This document shows positions 18,213 to 28,691 of a DNA stretch of 64,000 nt, in pieces. A program made the translations under genes and the position numbers. Within the stretch, counting starts at the first letter, position 1. The number at the start of each line of letters is the position of its first letter. The stretch lies in contig OY821645.1 of assembly GCA_963682135.1 (NCBI GenBank), positions 544,001-608,000 on the forward strand. Reading direction: 5' to 3'. The DNA comes from Methanothrix sp. GTDB lineage: Archaea; Halobacteriota; Methanosarcinia; Methanotrichales; Methanotrichaceae. The notes under the pieces were generated by a model that was given only the letters and a program-made list of their open reading frames with translations, did no database searches and had not been told where the DNA came from.

Positions 18213-18368
18213 GCAAACACCTGCCTGCTGGTCTAATGCATAACAGATATAAACTAGCCCGTTGAGAGGAGAAGGTTATTTATTCCTTTGAGTGAGAATT
18301 TATAAATGGGAAAAGCAGTTGGATACTAACTATATCAAAATCTGGCGTATGCCGTCGTGTGGTGTTAG

Positions 18369-19955
18369 ATGAGGCAGATATACCCGATTATTATTCTATT
18401 CCTGCTGATTGCCGCCAGCTCTGCCCAGCTGGAAGCAGACAAGGAAAGATTTGATGTTGTGCTCCATTCCGGTGACTTGGAGGAGAGAACGCTTAAGGTA
18501 ACCAATATAGGAGATGCGACGATCTTCAAGATATCAAAAACCGAGATGAGTGGAACTGCCAGAGATTACATATTCCTGGGCATGCCGGAAGAACAACCAC
18601 TTAAGCCTCAGGATAAGGCAGAAATTAAGATATACTTTGCCTTACCACCGGAGACGCGACCCGGATCCTACACAGGATTTCTGTATTTGCTGGATAGCGC
18701 CCCTCCCTCGCTTCCCATGAGAATTGACTTTAACCTGACAGTCATCGGACAGGAGAGCTACGGCATAAGCATGACCATAGATGATGCCAAGTCTGCCCAG
18801 CTATCTGCCAATGCTAACGACATAGCTCAGTTCGATCTGGCTGTCAAGAATTTGGGCGTTTTTAGAGATGTAGCCTCAATCGATGCCGGAACGCTCCCTG
18901 ACGGGTGGAGTGTGACCTTGCTCGATGGAGAAAAAACGCAAAGTCTTCCCTATGATGTGCCTCTAGACCCGGGCATAACCCATACCATGAAGCTTCAGGT
19001 GCAAACATCATTGCCTGGCAAGAAAGCCAGCTTGGCAATCCTAGCCAAATCGTTAGGCAACCAGTCCAAGAATTCTTCTGTTGAGGCGGAGGTTGATTTT
19101 GCCGCGGAAGTTAGGGGATATAACGTGGATATCAAGGTTCCGGAAAAGATTGTAACCAACAAAACCTACAAGGGCTCCTTCAATATCATGCTGGATGTTA
19201 AGGAAAAGGTGATGGTTGGGATAGTAACGCCTCCTGAGCTTATGGTTATACCTTTAGCTCAAACGGTAGAGGTCACACCACTAAATCCCGGAATCGCCAA
19301 TTTCACCATGCTGGCATCAAAGAGCGGCGACTATCCGCTAGTCTTCCGTCTCATGGACTCCCAGGGCATTCCCATGCCGGAAGAGGTAGCATCCATCAAG
19401 GTGATCCTGCCGCAGGGTATGGTCATTCTTACGGGGGATGACTTCCTCTACAGCACTATCGCATCAGTATCCACTATGGGCAATGGAACAGCCGATTTCG
19501 ACCTAATAACAATACCTCCTGGAAAGATAAGCGAAACAGATCAGGAGAAGCTGCAAGACTATTCCAGGGTCTTGATATTGGGCAATCAATCCATCGTCAC
19601 TAAAGATGCGGAAACGTCATTGAAGGGTGTGGAAATCAAGCGTATTGACACAGGCAGCCTTTACGAAGAATGCTGGCTGTTTGCCGCAGAGGTTTGGCGG
19701 AATGGAACGGCCGAGGTGGTCTTATCCAGTCCTCTGCCCGCTGATATCTTCAGGGCCTATGAGATGGCCAGGGTGGCGGGAGCGCCAATAATAGTATGCG
19801 AGGGCGATGTGACTGAGAAGGTCAATACTGTGATCGCGGAAATGACAAAACGAAATATTACCCTCTCCAAGGCGCTTCTCATAGGCGAGATTGGAGCGGA
19901 ATATGCAAAGCCGCTGCAAAGTGCAGGCATCAAAACCGAAGAGGTGAAAGCGTGA
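18369..19955 (+). CDS. Secreted surface protein with Ig-like domains and a cell-wall-binding-repeat-like C-terminus
   Basis: Signal peptide; NEW3-like VKNLG...D......LPDGWSV; stop overlaps the start of the next gene. Confidence 0.7.
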   Translation: MRQIYPIIILFLLIAASSAQLEADKERFDVVLHSGDLEERTLKVTNIGDATIFKISKTEMSGTARDYIFLGMPEEQPLKPQDKAEIKIYFALPPETRPGSYTGFLYLLDSAPPSLPMRIDFNLTVIGQESYGISMTIDDAKSAQLSANANDIAQFDLAVKNLGVFRDVASIDAGTLPDGWSVTLLDGEKTQSLPYDVPLDPGITHTMKLQVQTSLPGKKASLAILAKSLGNQSKNSSVEAEVDFAAEVRGYNVDIKVPEKIVTNKTYKGSFNIMLDVKEKVMVGIVTPPELMVIPLAQTVEVTPLNPGIANFTMLASKSGDYPLVFRLMDSQGIPMPEEVASIKVILPQGMVILTGDDFLYSTIASVSTMGNGTADFDLITIPPGKISETDQEKLQDYSRVLILGNQSIVTKDAETSLKGVEIKRIDTGSLYEECWLFAAEVWRNGTAEVVLSSPLPADIFRAYEMARVAGAPIIVCEGDVTEKVNTVIAEMTKRNITLSKALLIGEIGAEYAKPLQSAGIKTEEVKA

Positions 19956-22900
19956 GGCTGCAATATCTAATACTATTCATAGCAATCATGTCCATTTCAG
20001 GGCTATGCTTCGCAGAGGACACGCCCTTGGAAAGAGGTGTTAAGGGCGACCTGGTGGATGTGGTTATGGTTGGAGCAGACGATTGGCATGCAGCCATTGC
20101 AGCTACTCCTCTGGCCATCTGGTCTGAGGAGAATCAGACTCGAGCTTTGCCCATGTTGATTCTTCCCAAAGCGGTCCAGGCTGGTGACCGAAATGGCTGG
20201 GTAGAAGAGAACGATCTTCAGAAATATGGTGTATCCGCTATCCTTAGCACATTCAAAGCGGCAAATATCAGCGCCATAACTATCCATGCACCAGCTGGAG
20301 ATCTAGTTAAATCTCTGGTTGATGCCGCTCACAAAGACGGGCTGAAAGCTTATATTACAGCAACTCTTGAGGTTCCCGTTATCGCCGAGCCGCTGGCGGC
20401 AGAAGATATCAAAGAATTGCCCCAGGCCAGGAAAGCCATGCTTGCACAAGCCGGCCTAGACCTTGCCGTGTCGGACGATTCAAAAATCGACAAAAGTTTG
20501 CTGCAAGTGGCAAATCCCGATATAGGTGGCAATGCCACACTTTACTGTCCGGCAAACCCAGAGACAAAGGAAAATCTCTACAGTCTTATTGAAACGCTCA
20601 TTGACGACTACAAGGCTGACGGCATTGTCCTCTATAATTTCGGCTTCCAGGATGAGAATTATTGCTACTGCAATATCTGCAAGGAGAAGTTCTATCAGGA
20701 TACTGGAATTGACCTGAGTAAAGCCAATATCAATAGCTACAACCAGGAGAGATGGACGCAGTGGAAGCAGGATCAGCTCATAGAGATTGTAAATTATGCC
20801 CGGAATATAACCAATGATTTAGGTCCCGTAAAGCTTGGCGCGGCTTTTGATAATCCTGCCGATCGCAGCCGCGGCTACAACTTCGCCGAGATCTCAAAGA
20901 TAACGGACTTTTCCATAATATCTCCCCTTTCCGCTCAGGATGCGGGACAGGTTTGCCTTCTCAGCAAGAAGCCGGTTTATGTCCGTTTGAGTGACGATTA
21001 CCTTGGATATGTTCTCTCCACACTGAATGTGGAGGGTGCAGTTGAGTATATCGAGGACCTCGTAAAATCCGGCTCAGCAGGTGTTGCTTTCGAGTATAAC
21101 GTCGTTCATACACCAATCTGGTCGGAATTGCAGCCCGCATCAAAGGCTTCTCAGTGGCTGCTGGGTCAATTGGGCGGAAAGACTCTCGCCATTGGAAACG
21201 TCTCCTGGAAATGCGATGCGAGAATAGCCGCAAACAGCAGCTTTGAGATGGCGGAAAAGATAAGCCGGTTTTGGAAAAGCTCGCCGGGAGCCGTAATCGT
21301 AGGCGAAAATTACAGCGCGGCTCTAACCGCGACACCAATTGCCTCTTATCTAAATTGGCCACTGCTCTTTGTGAACAGTATGCTGCCCAATGAGACTGCG
21401 GCTGCATTATCACGTCTGGATGTAAAAGAAGCGATCATCGTAGGTCCAATCTCGCCAATTGTGAGACAGAACCTGAGCCAGATGAATATCACTCTGCTGG
21501 ATGGAAGCCCGGAATTTCTCACCCAGCAGATGCTCAAAAGGGGAGATCATCCGAATATGGTTGTCTTTACCAACTCTCATGATCTCTCGCTTCTACCACC
21601 CGTGCCAAATCCTGTGGTAAAGAGAACACTTGTTAACGATCTGCTGATAAGAACCGAAATGAGCCCAAGCCAGGTACCGGCCGAGGAGCTGGGCGAGATT
21701 GTGAGACTCAACATAACCATGAGCAATACCGGCAAAGAAATGCTGAAAGATGTGCGATTGCTGGACGTCTTCCCCATGGGTCGGTTCATAAAATGGCCGC
21801 GGCCGCAAATAGGTGAAGCAAATATTACCGATCCCTATAGCGGCAAGCCCTCGGATGCCATAAATTCATTCCTCAATGGGTCCATGCTTCGCTGGAATAT
21901 GAACCGGCTTGATCCAGGAAAGTCTGCCAGCCTCAATGTAGAAGTAGAACTGCTCTACCCCATGGATTCCGGTTGGAAAGAGAGGCTGGACACAGGGGCT
22001 ACAGCCGCATACGAGGGATTTTCCTACAACCATACAATTCAGAATCTGGATGACGGGCCTGTAATCAACCTGACCTATCCTACCTGGATCTACTCGGGCA
22101 GAACGAACATCAGCTGGAACCTCGACCGGGAAGCGAGTTACACTGCCCTGAACCTCTACAGCCCGGAAAAACGAACCGGAAGCATCAGGATCGCAGAGAT
22201 CAAGCCTGATAAACTCTATGAAGTGAGAGTGCAGATGCTAACTCCAGGCAAGTGGATCTTCAATATCGAGGCAGGCAATGGTTTTGTCCATACTACGAAG
22301 AACTACACCATCGATGTTCGCTCCAATATTGAGGCTCTGAATATTACTGCATTCAGCCACACCAAAGTCCCCCGGCTATCACTGGTTGCAGCAGCGGCAG
22401 CCGCAGCACGCCAGGCAATTTTGCTGGATGTGGCCAAGGATCCGCAGCAAATTGATCCTCTGATTGAGGAGCAAGCATTGAGGCAGAAGGTTGAGGATCT
22501 CATGCTTTCACCTCGCTATCTGATGGTCGTGGGCGACCCTGGGTCGCTGCCCTTCATGTCCACCGGCCAAATTCAGAGGCTATCAGAGGTCATGGAGTAC
22601 GAGGTCTACAGGGACTATCAATTGCCCATGAATGATGAGAATTACAGCAGCGTAGCCGTAGGCCGAATCATGGGGCTTTCCGTTTACGATGCGTCTCAGC
22701 TTCTGGCTCGCACCCTGGCCTATGATCGATTGAACGGATCCTGGAAGAATAATGCCCTGGTCATATCTTCGCCGCCCCTCTCTTACCCTCAGGCTCCTAT
22801 CGCCATGAGAATCAGAGACTATTTGGCAGAGGCAGGGCTGCAAGTCAAGGACCTGCGTTACGAGGAAGCCACCTACCAGCAAGTCATATCGCAGATGAAT

Positions 22901-24310
22901 AACGGCAAGAACATTGTGCATTTTGATCATCACGGCAATGAAAACGCATGGCAGTTGTCTGATTGGTCGCTGATGGATTCTGCGCTTACGCAGGCGCATG
23001 TGAAGGAGTTGACTCTTTCACCCCAGACGACCACCTCCAGTGCCTGTGTTACTGCAAACCTCAAGGGATACTATCTCAATGTAACCGGCACCAGGATGTA
23101 CATCCCAATTAACCTGGAGGATTCCATTGCCCTGGCCTTCATAAGAGCTGGATCTGTAAATTATATTGGTGAGTCAGCTCTATCCTGGATCTTCGTTTCG
23201 GATGACTTCCTAAAGAGTCTCTATCAATCTCTGGTCTTTGAGAATGCTACCGTTGGTGAGGCAGCTCTTGAAGCAGATAACCTCTACCGATTGAAGTTTC
23301 AGGGTGCAGGGAACATCAAGGAGATCTCCGATTACGATGAGGCCTTGCCGGAATGGGATACCTCAGTCTCCGAGATGCTCAATCAGACGGCCTACATGGC
23401 CGTCATGCTGGGAGACCCCAGCTTCCGGCCAACTCTGCCCAAGACACCAATTCGTCCCTACAGCACCGTGCTGCAAACCGCCAACACCACAGGCGAGAAC
23501 AAGAGCATAATCAAGGCATCCGTAACGCCAATAAACGAGAGCGCAACCGACTGGATCTACTGGATCGAGACAGATAGCACCAGCGGCAAGCTCAATCTAA
23601 ACGCACCGCCTGCCATCATCGGTGAGGTATTGCTGCCTAAAGATGCAGACAAGATCGTCGTTAAGGAAAACGGACTTTCTGTGTGGCATGACGAATATAC
23701 ATTTGGCGAAAACAAAAAGGTGATGTGGCCCATATTGCGACCCAGGCTTGCTGAGGAGAGGGGCTTTGAGATAGAGTATGTGATCATTCCCGGCCAGGTT
23801 CAGCGCATCAATATAACCGCAGGCTGGAATGCCATCGCCGTATACCTCAAGCCGAAAGATGCAACTGCCTCCAAGTACCTGGCGAATAAGCCCTATCGGA
23901 GCATATTCTCCATCGCCGGCGAGGGGTGGGATTTTGGCATGAAGGATGGGAGCATGATCAATGTGACTCGTTTTTCACCCGGTGAAGGCTATCTCATCGA
24001 CAGCGCCAACAACTTCACCATGGAAATATCCGGCAAACCGGTCGATCTGCCTTATCGCATTAATTTGCATGCCGGATGGAATATGATTGGTCTTCCCGTG
24101 AACAATACGGTAGATTTAGGCAACATAACCGTGAATGCCGAGCATAAGAGGTACAAGTATCAGGAAGCAGTGACGAAAGGCCTGGTCTCGGCTTTCGTCT
24201 GGAAGTATGAGAAGCAGGGTTGGACCCACCTGGGCGAGAATGAGACTCTGGTCCCGGGAATGGCCTATCTATTCGAGGCAATGAACGAGGCCAAGCTGGA
24301 GTTCCGCTGA
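19952..24310 (+). CDS. Large secreted multidomain protein with a peptidase C25 (gingipain-like) domain
   Basis: YLMVVGDP, AVGRIMG, HFDHHG (His), SSACVT (Cys), LGDPSF and twin L.AGWN.I C-terminal units; N-terminal GH-like region with YCYCNICK. Confidence 0.8.
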   Translation: MRLQYLILFIAIMSISGLCFAEDTPLERGVKGDLVDVVMVGADDWHAAIAATPLAIWSEENQTRALPMLILPKAVQAGDRNGWVEENDLQKYGVSAILSTFKAANISAITIHAPAGDLVKSLVDAAHKDGLKAYITATLEVPVIAEPLAAEDIKELPQARKAMLAQAGLDLAVSDDSKIDKSLLQVANPDIGGNATLYCPANPETKENLYSLIETLIDDYKADGIVLYNFGFQDENYCYCNICKEKFYQDTGIDLSKANINSYNQERWTQWKQDQLIEIVNYARNITNDLGPVKLGAAFDNPADRSRGYNFAEISKITDFSIISPLSAQDAGQVCLLSKKPVYVRLSDDYLGYVLSTLNVEGAVEYIEDLVKSGSAGVAFEYNVVHTPIWSELQPASKASQWLLGQLGGKTLAIGNVSWKCDARIAANSSFEMAEKISRFWKSSPGAVIVGENYSAALTATPIASYLNWPLLFVNSMLPNETAAALSRLDVKEAIIVGPISPIVRQNLSQMNITLLDGSPEFLTQQMLKRGDHPNMVVFTNSHDLSLLPPVPNPVVKRTLVNDLLIRTEMSPSQVPAEELGEIVRLNITMSNTGKEMLKDVRLLDVFPMGRFIKWPRPQIGEANITDPYSGKPSDAINSFLNGSMLRWNMNRLDPGKSASLNVEVELLYPMDSGWKERLDTGATAAYEGFSYNHTIQNLDDGPVINLTYPTWIYSGRTNISWNLDREASYTALNLYSPEKRTGSIRIAEIKPDKLYEVRVQMLTPGKWIFNIEAGNGFVHTTKNYTIDVRSNIEALNITAFSHTKVPRLSLVAAAAAAARQAILLDVAKDPQQIDPLIEEQALRQKVEDLMLSPRYLMVVGDPGSLPFMSTGQIQRLSEVMEYEVYRDYQLPMNDENYSSVAVGRIMGLSVYDASQLLARTLAYDRLNGSWKNNALVISSPPLSYPQAPIAMRIRDYLAEAGLQVKDLRYEEATYQQVISQMNNGKNIVHFDHHGNENAWQLSDWSLMDSALTQAHVKELTLSPQTTTSSACVTANLKGYYLNVTGTRMYIPINLEDSIALAFIRAGSVNYIGESALSWIFVSDDFLKSLYQSLVFENATVGEAALEADNLYRLKFQGAGNIKEISDYDEALPEWDTSVSEMLNQTAYMAVMLGDPSFRPTLPKTPIRPYSTVLQTANTTGENKSIIKASVTPINESATDWIYWIETDSTSGKLNLNAPPAIIGEVLLPKDADKIVVKENGLSVWHDEYTFGENKKVMWPILRPRLAEERGFEIEYVIIPGQVQRINITAGWNAIAVYLKPKDATASKYLANKPYRSIFSIAGEGWDFGMKDGSMINVTRFSPGEGYLIDSANNFTMEISGKPVDLPYRINLHAGWNMIGLPVNNTVDLGNITVNAEHKRYKYQEAVTKGLVSAFVWKYEKQGWTHLGENETLVPGMAYLFEAMNEAKLEFR

Positions 24311-24576
24311 AGGCAATATCAGCCGAACTCCTTGCCATAATTTTTTAATATAGGTGTTCAGCTGCCGATCACCCCATCCGAGCCGCTCCCACCCATCCCT
24401 GGCCATCCATCGCGGCTCGCTGGTCATCGGATCGGTGCAGGAAAAGAGATCAACTGTCTAGGAAGCGCTTGCGAACCTCGAAGAGACCACACAGGCTTTT
24501 CTACCCATTTCAGGCCTTAAGTGCCTGTATGGCCTATTTCGCATTTTTTGCCTCCCGAACTCTCAATTTCCAACTA

Positions 24577-25440
24577 TTACGCACCCATACTAAAACGTTG
24601 CCATGTTATATATGATATATCGACAGTTCCGGACCATTTATCCAGAGTCTCATGGATGCTGACCTTGGACCAGCCGCCTTGATCAGTATTTACCCAAATG
24701 TATTTCTCCTCCGGCCATTTGCTTATGTCAATATTGGTGTTGGGGTCAACCTTGATACCCAGCCCATCAGGCCAAAATGGATAGTCACTCTCATTCGATA
24801 CAATTGTTGCACCATATACCGGAATAATCCCGATATCTGCAGTGAATGGTGCCTTGAAATACCCTCCGTAATTGAGGTCAGAAACTGGGTCGGAATTATC
24901 ATCTTCGGGATCTGCATCATCGAGGTTGAGGTCCAGGTCTATGCCTCTTCCTTGAGCTAGCCCATTCACTTCTAAGGTTATATTTCCATTCGCGTAGCAA
25001 TATGCATCCAGCACCTCCAGACGGACGGAATCAGCTACCTGCTCAGTTCCATTCATCGCGGTAAGACTGTATTCCGTTGTCGTTTCCGGCGAGACTAGTA
25101 AAAATCCTTCAGGGTCTACTTGAAGCAGCCCAGGAAGTATGCTAACTTTTTTGGCGCCAGAGACCGCCCAGCTCAAATTTGAGCTATCACCTTTAAGGAT
25201 CGTAGCATAATCCAAATGGAAGCTATTGATCTTCAAGGGTTCATCTATAGAAGGTTCTACCATAACAGGCTCCGGTATAAGATTATCCTGTTCTGACCCA
25301 TCATCATTGCCTTGCCAATCAATTGCGGTCAGTAATCCACCCACAGCAGTTAATAATGCAGCCACTCCCGTCAGGATGCCGGGCAGCGTGGTCCAGAAGG
25401 ATTTAGTATTATCGTCGTTGCTCATTATTTCCCACCTCAT
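24577..25440 (-). CDS. Membrane-anchored hypothetical protein with an Ig-like domain
   Basis: N-terminal SFWTTLPGILTGVAALLTAVGGLL anchor; LSWAVSGA...P..TTEYSLTA. Confidence 0.7.
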   Translation of the reverse strand: MRWEIMSNDDNTKSFWTTLPGILTGVAALLTAVGGLLTAIDWQGNDDGSEQDNLIPEPVMVEPSIDEPLKINSFHLDYATILKGDSSNLSWAVSGAKKVSILPGLLQVDPEGFLLVSPETTTEYSLTAMNGTEQVADSVRLEVLDAYCYANGNITLEVNGLAQGRGIDLDLNLDDADPEDDNSDPVSDLNYGGYFKAPFTADIGIIPVYGATIVSNESDYPFWPDGLGIKVDPNTNIDISKWPEEKYIWVNTDQGGWSKVSIHETLDKWSGTVDISYITWQRFSMGA

Positions 25441-25620
25441 CTATCGCCAATTGAATTATATTCATTTAAATATCCATTTTTTCGCAGAAAGGCCAAAATG
25501 ATTTGTACCGGCCTAGGTTAAAAATTTTTCGATCGTATTTTCTGATTGAGGAACAAATATAATATTAGATCATCATGAATGGATCCGATGATCTTTTTCC
25601 GCTTCTTTTGGCTCTTTTTG

Positions 25621-26550
25621 CTACTTCTTTCGGTGCAGCTCTCGAATCATCTCCCGGTGCATCGAGGCCATCATATCTCCCTGCATGCCGATCAGAAATA
25701 GCTGGAAGCCTACGATAATCAGAATGGCTGTAAGGATTGTGAGGGGAATGTGTTCAATGCGCCAGTAGAGCCAATCCCTGGCCACAAATAAGCCGATGAT
25801 AAATCCGGCCATACCAAAGAGTGATCCGATCAGGCCGAAGTAGAACATGGGATTTTCGGTCTTGGCCATGCGAAAGATGGTAAGTATGATCTTGAGGCCG
25901 TCGCGAAAAGGATGCAGCTTGGTCTTGGTGCCGGCTGGACGGGGCATGTAGGTTATGGGAACCTCAATGATGCGCAGACCCTTCTTCACGCTCTCAATGG
26001 TTATCTCCGATTCGATCTCAAAGCCCGGAGTAGAGAGGTCCAGGCGGCGAATGCCTTCTCTGGTGAACGCCCGGTAGCCGGAGAGAATGTCGCTCAAATG
26101 AACGCGATAGATGGTGGCGAAGAAGAGATTGATCATCTTATTGCCGAACATGTTCAGACCCTTCAAGGCCCCAACTCGTACATTGCCCAGCCTGTTCCCC
26201 ACGACGTGGTCGGCCTTTCCCAGCAAGACCGGCTCCAGGACGAGAGATGCTTCAGCCGGCAGGTAGGTGCCGTCCCCGTCGATGAGAAGGATATATTCCT
26301 CTTCGATCTCTTCGAAGACCTCTTTTAGAGCCTGTCCCTTGCCAAAGCCGGACTGGATAAATATGCGCGCTCCGGCGGCTTTCGCTTTGGCGACAGTAGC
26401 GTCGCTGCTGTGGCCGTCCGCCACCAGGATATTTTCGAAGCCCAGGGCTTTGAATTCCCGAATGACGGGCTCGATCGATTCCTCTTCATTGAGGGTAGGA
26501 ATGAGAACGCAGACGTCTTTGTGGCTCACGCGAAGATCAGCTCTGTACAA
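25621..26550 (-). CDS. aglJ: GT2 glycosyltransferase, S-layer N-glycosylation AglJ type
   Basis: VLIPTLNEE, DGHSSD.T, IDGDGTY, DILSGYRAF and GFEIESE; two C-terminal TMs. Confidence 0.8.
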   Translation of the reverse strand: MYRADLRVSHKDVCVLIPTLNEEESIEPVIREFKALGFENILVADGHSSDATVAKAKAAGARIFIQSGFGKGQALKEVFEEIEEEYILLIDGDGTYLPAEASLVLEPVLLGKADHVVGNRLGNVRVGALKGLNMFGNKMINLFFATIYRVHLSDILSGYRAFTREGIRRLDLSTPGFEIESEITIESVKKGLRIIEVPITYMPRPAGTKTKLHPFRDGLKIILTIFRMAKTENPMFYFGLIGSLFGMAGFIIGLFVARDWLYWRIEHIPLTILTAILIIVGFQLFLIGMQGDMMASMHREMIRELHRKK

Positions 26551-26610
26551 TGGTTATCAGCCAATACGATTGTGTCGGATTAAATAGGTTGCTTTGCCCA
26601 AAAAATTGAT

Positions 26611-27924
26611 TCATGCCTTCATGGCTCTATGTATGATCTTCTCATAGCGTTCCTCCAGCTCTGCCATGTCGCCTGCCGCGGTCTCGATGTAGAGCCTTAA
26701 GATGGGCTCGGTATTGCTGGGCCGGATGAGAACGCTGTAGCTATCGGTGGTGATCTTAAGTCCGTCCAATGTATTCGGCTCCATTCCGGCGAGGGCATCC
26801 TTTAGCCTCAGCATTACTCCAGCCGGATCCTCATTGAGGCGTATGCTGATCTGCTTATAGGGATATTCGGGTATCTCGTCCGCGAGAACAGAGAGCTTCT
26901 CGCCTTTGGAGATGATCTCGGCGATGGCCAGGCTCATGGCGAAGGGATCGTCCGAGTACTGGAATTCAGGCAGGAAGAAGTGGCCGCTGCGCTCAACACC
27001 TAAAACAGCATTCTCATTCTTCACCCGGTTGGCTACGAAGACATCGCCCACCCTCTCCCGTAATATCCTGATGCCGTCCTCTTGCAGTTCGCGTTCCAGC
27101 ATCATAGAGCAGTCAAATCCGGAGATGACCAGATCGTCGCGTTTGTATCTTCTCCTGGCTATGATGATGGCTACCTTCTCAGGCGGCAAAACCCGACCTA
27201 GGTCATCGATGATGATACCTCGATCTGCATCAGGATCAAATCCAACCCCAAAATCTGCCTGATTTTTTCGTACCTCCAGGCAGGCGGGCTGCAGGGACTC
27301 TTCATTGGGAGCCGGGCCGCGACCTGGGAAGTGGCCGTCCATGATGCCGTTGATCACAGAGCATTTTAAACCCAGTTTTTCATAAAATGAGGCCATTGTG
27401 CAGGCAGAACCGTTGCCCATGTCCAACACAACTCTCAGTGGGCGCTCTAAGTGTAGCTTATCTGCCACATAGCGGCGGTACTCGTCGATAGCTTCCCCAG
27501 AAGAACGATCCTCTACTCTTCCAATTCCCGAGAGAAAGCCGCCTTCTCGATAGTATTTCATAATGGACGACTCCTGGTAGAGCAGCCCATAGCCATCACC
27601 AGTTCTAAACCGCACGCCATTGTACTCCGGTGGGTTATGAGAGGCAGAGATGTAAGCTGCAGCTTTCAAGCCATTTTTGCGGGTAATATAGCTCAGAACG
27701 GCAATGGGAATTATGCCGTAGCTATACACCTGGCAGCCCGTTCTTAAAAGGCCTTCCAGGAAGGCCTTCTCCAGAGACGGGCCGCTGATTCGCGTATCCC
27801 TGCCCAAAGAGACACTGCCCCCTCCCGCAAAAGATCCGAAGGAGACACCCACTCGCCTGGCCAGATCCTCTGTCAAATCGGTGCCGTAGACACCTCGAAC
27901 ATCATAAGCTCTAAAGACGGTCAC
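26611..27924 (-). CDS. Phosphomannomutase/phosphoglucomutase
   Basis: FRAYDVRG, SASHNPPEYNG, FDPDADR and RPSNTEP. Confidence 0.92.
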   Translation of the reverse strand: MTVFRAYDVRGVYGTDLTEDLARRVGVSFGSFAGGGSVSLGRDTRISGPSLEKAFLEGLLRTGCQVYSYGIIPIAVLSYITRKNGLKAAAYISASHNPPEYNGVRFRTGDGYGLLYQESSIMKYYREGGFLSGIGRVEDRSSGEAIDEYRRYVADKLHLERPLRVVLDMGNGSACTMASFYEKLGLKCSVINGIMDGHFPGRGPAPNEESLQPACLEVRKNQADFGVGFDPDADRGIIIDDLGRVLPPEKVAIIIARRRYKRDDLVISGFDCSMMLERELQEDGIRILRERVGDVFVANRVKNENAVLGVERSGHFFLPEFQYSDDPFAMSLAIAEIISKGEKLSVLADEIPEYPYKQISIRLNEDPAGVMLRLKDALAGMEPNTLDGLKITTDSYSVLIRPSNTEPILRLYIETAAGDMAELEERYEKIIHRAMKA

Positions 27925-28049
27925 GAGACTTCTTTAGACTCGAGCATTTAAATTATTTTCTGCCAGGCAGCGACTTGCCGGAACAATAGTGGAGCAATTA
28001 TAATCAACGCAAAAGGCTATAGGGGAAAAAATCATCCGTCTAAACTGAG

Positions 28050-28595
28050 ATGATTAAGAAGATGATTTCAATGCCATACGTCCTGGCGGCTGCAATCGCC
28101 TTCGCCATCCTCTTTGCTAATGCCGTCCAGGCAGAGGAGACAGATATGAAGAGTCTTGTTGTCAAATTGGGTTTTGACCGGTTTCCCGATGAATCTACCT
28201 GTCAGGGAATGGATGTATCGCCAATGATCGAGATTAAAGGGCTTAATGCCACATCCCTGGCCGTGATTATTGACGACCCGGACGCGCCCTCTGCCGTCTT
28301 CACTCACTGGCTTATCTGGAATATCCCGCCGACGGAAATCATTCCCAGGGCGATAGCCAAAAAAGCCAATATCAATGAGCCCTTCATCGCAGTGCAAGGC
28401 ACGAACGACTTTGGCGAGATTGGATATTCCGGCCCATGTCCGCCTTCCGGAAAGCCGCACAGATATTTCTTGCGTGTCTTTGGTTTGGACCGGATGCTTG
28501 ACCTTCCGGCGGGCGCCTTTGCCGCTGATTTGCAGAAGGCAATGAAAGGCCATGTGATGCAGAAGGGAGAAGCAATGGCAACCTACGGGAGGTGA
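28050..28595 (+). CDS. YbhB/YbcL (PEBP) family protein
   Basis: DDPDAP, FTHW, Y.GPCPP and HRYF. Confidence 0.92.
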   Translation: MIKKMISMPYVLAAAIAFAILFANAVQAEETDMKSLVVKLGFDRFPDESTCQGMDVSPMIEIKGLNATSLAVIIDDPDAPSAVFTHWLIWNIPPTEIIPRAIAKKANINEPFIAVQGTNDFGEIGYSGPCPPSGKPHRYFLRVFGLDRMLDLPAGAFAADLQKAMKGHVMQKGEAMATYGR

Positions 28596-28639
28596 TTCTC
28601 TCCTGCGGTCTTCCCTGATTTAAAAAATACCAAAAAAAG

Positions 28640-28671
28640 TAGGTGCGGCCCAACTCTTATGACCGCACCTA
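28640..28671 (-). terminator. Hairpin between convergent genes
   Basis: TAGGTGCGG...CCGCACCTA inverted repeat followed by a T-run on the minus strand. Confidence 0.55.
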
Positions 28672-28691
28672 TGGTGAGACTTCCCCTTATC

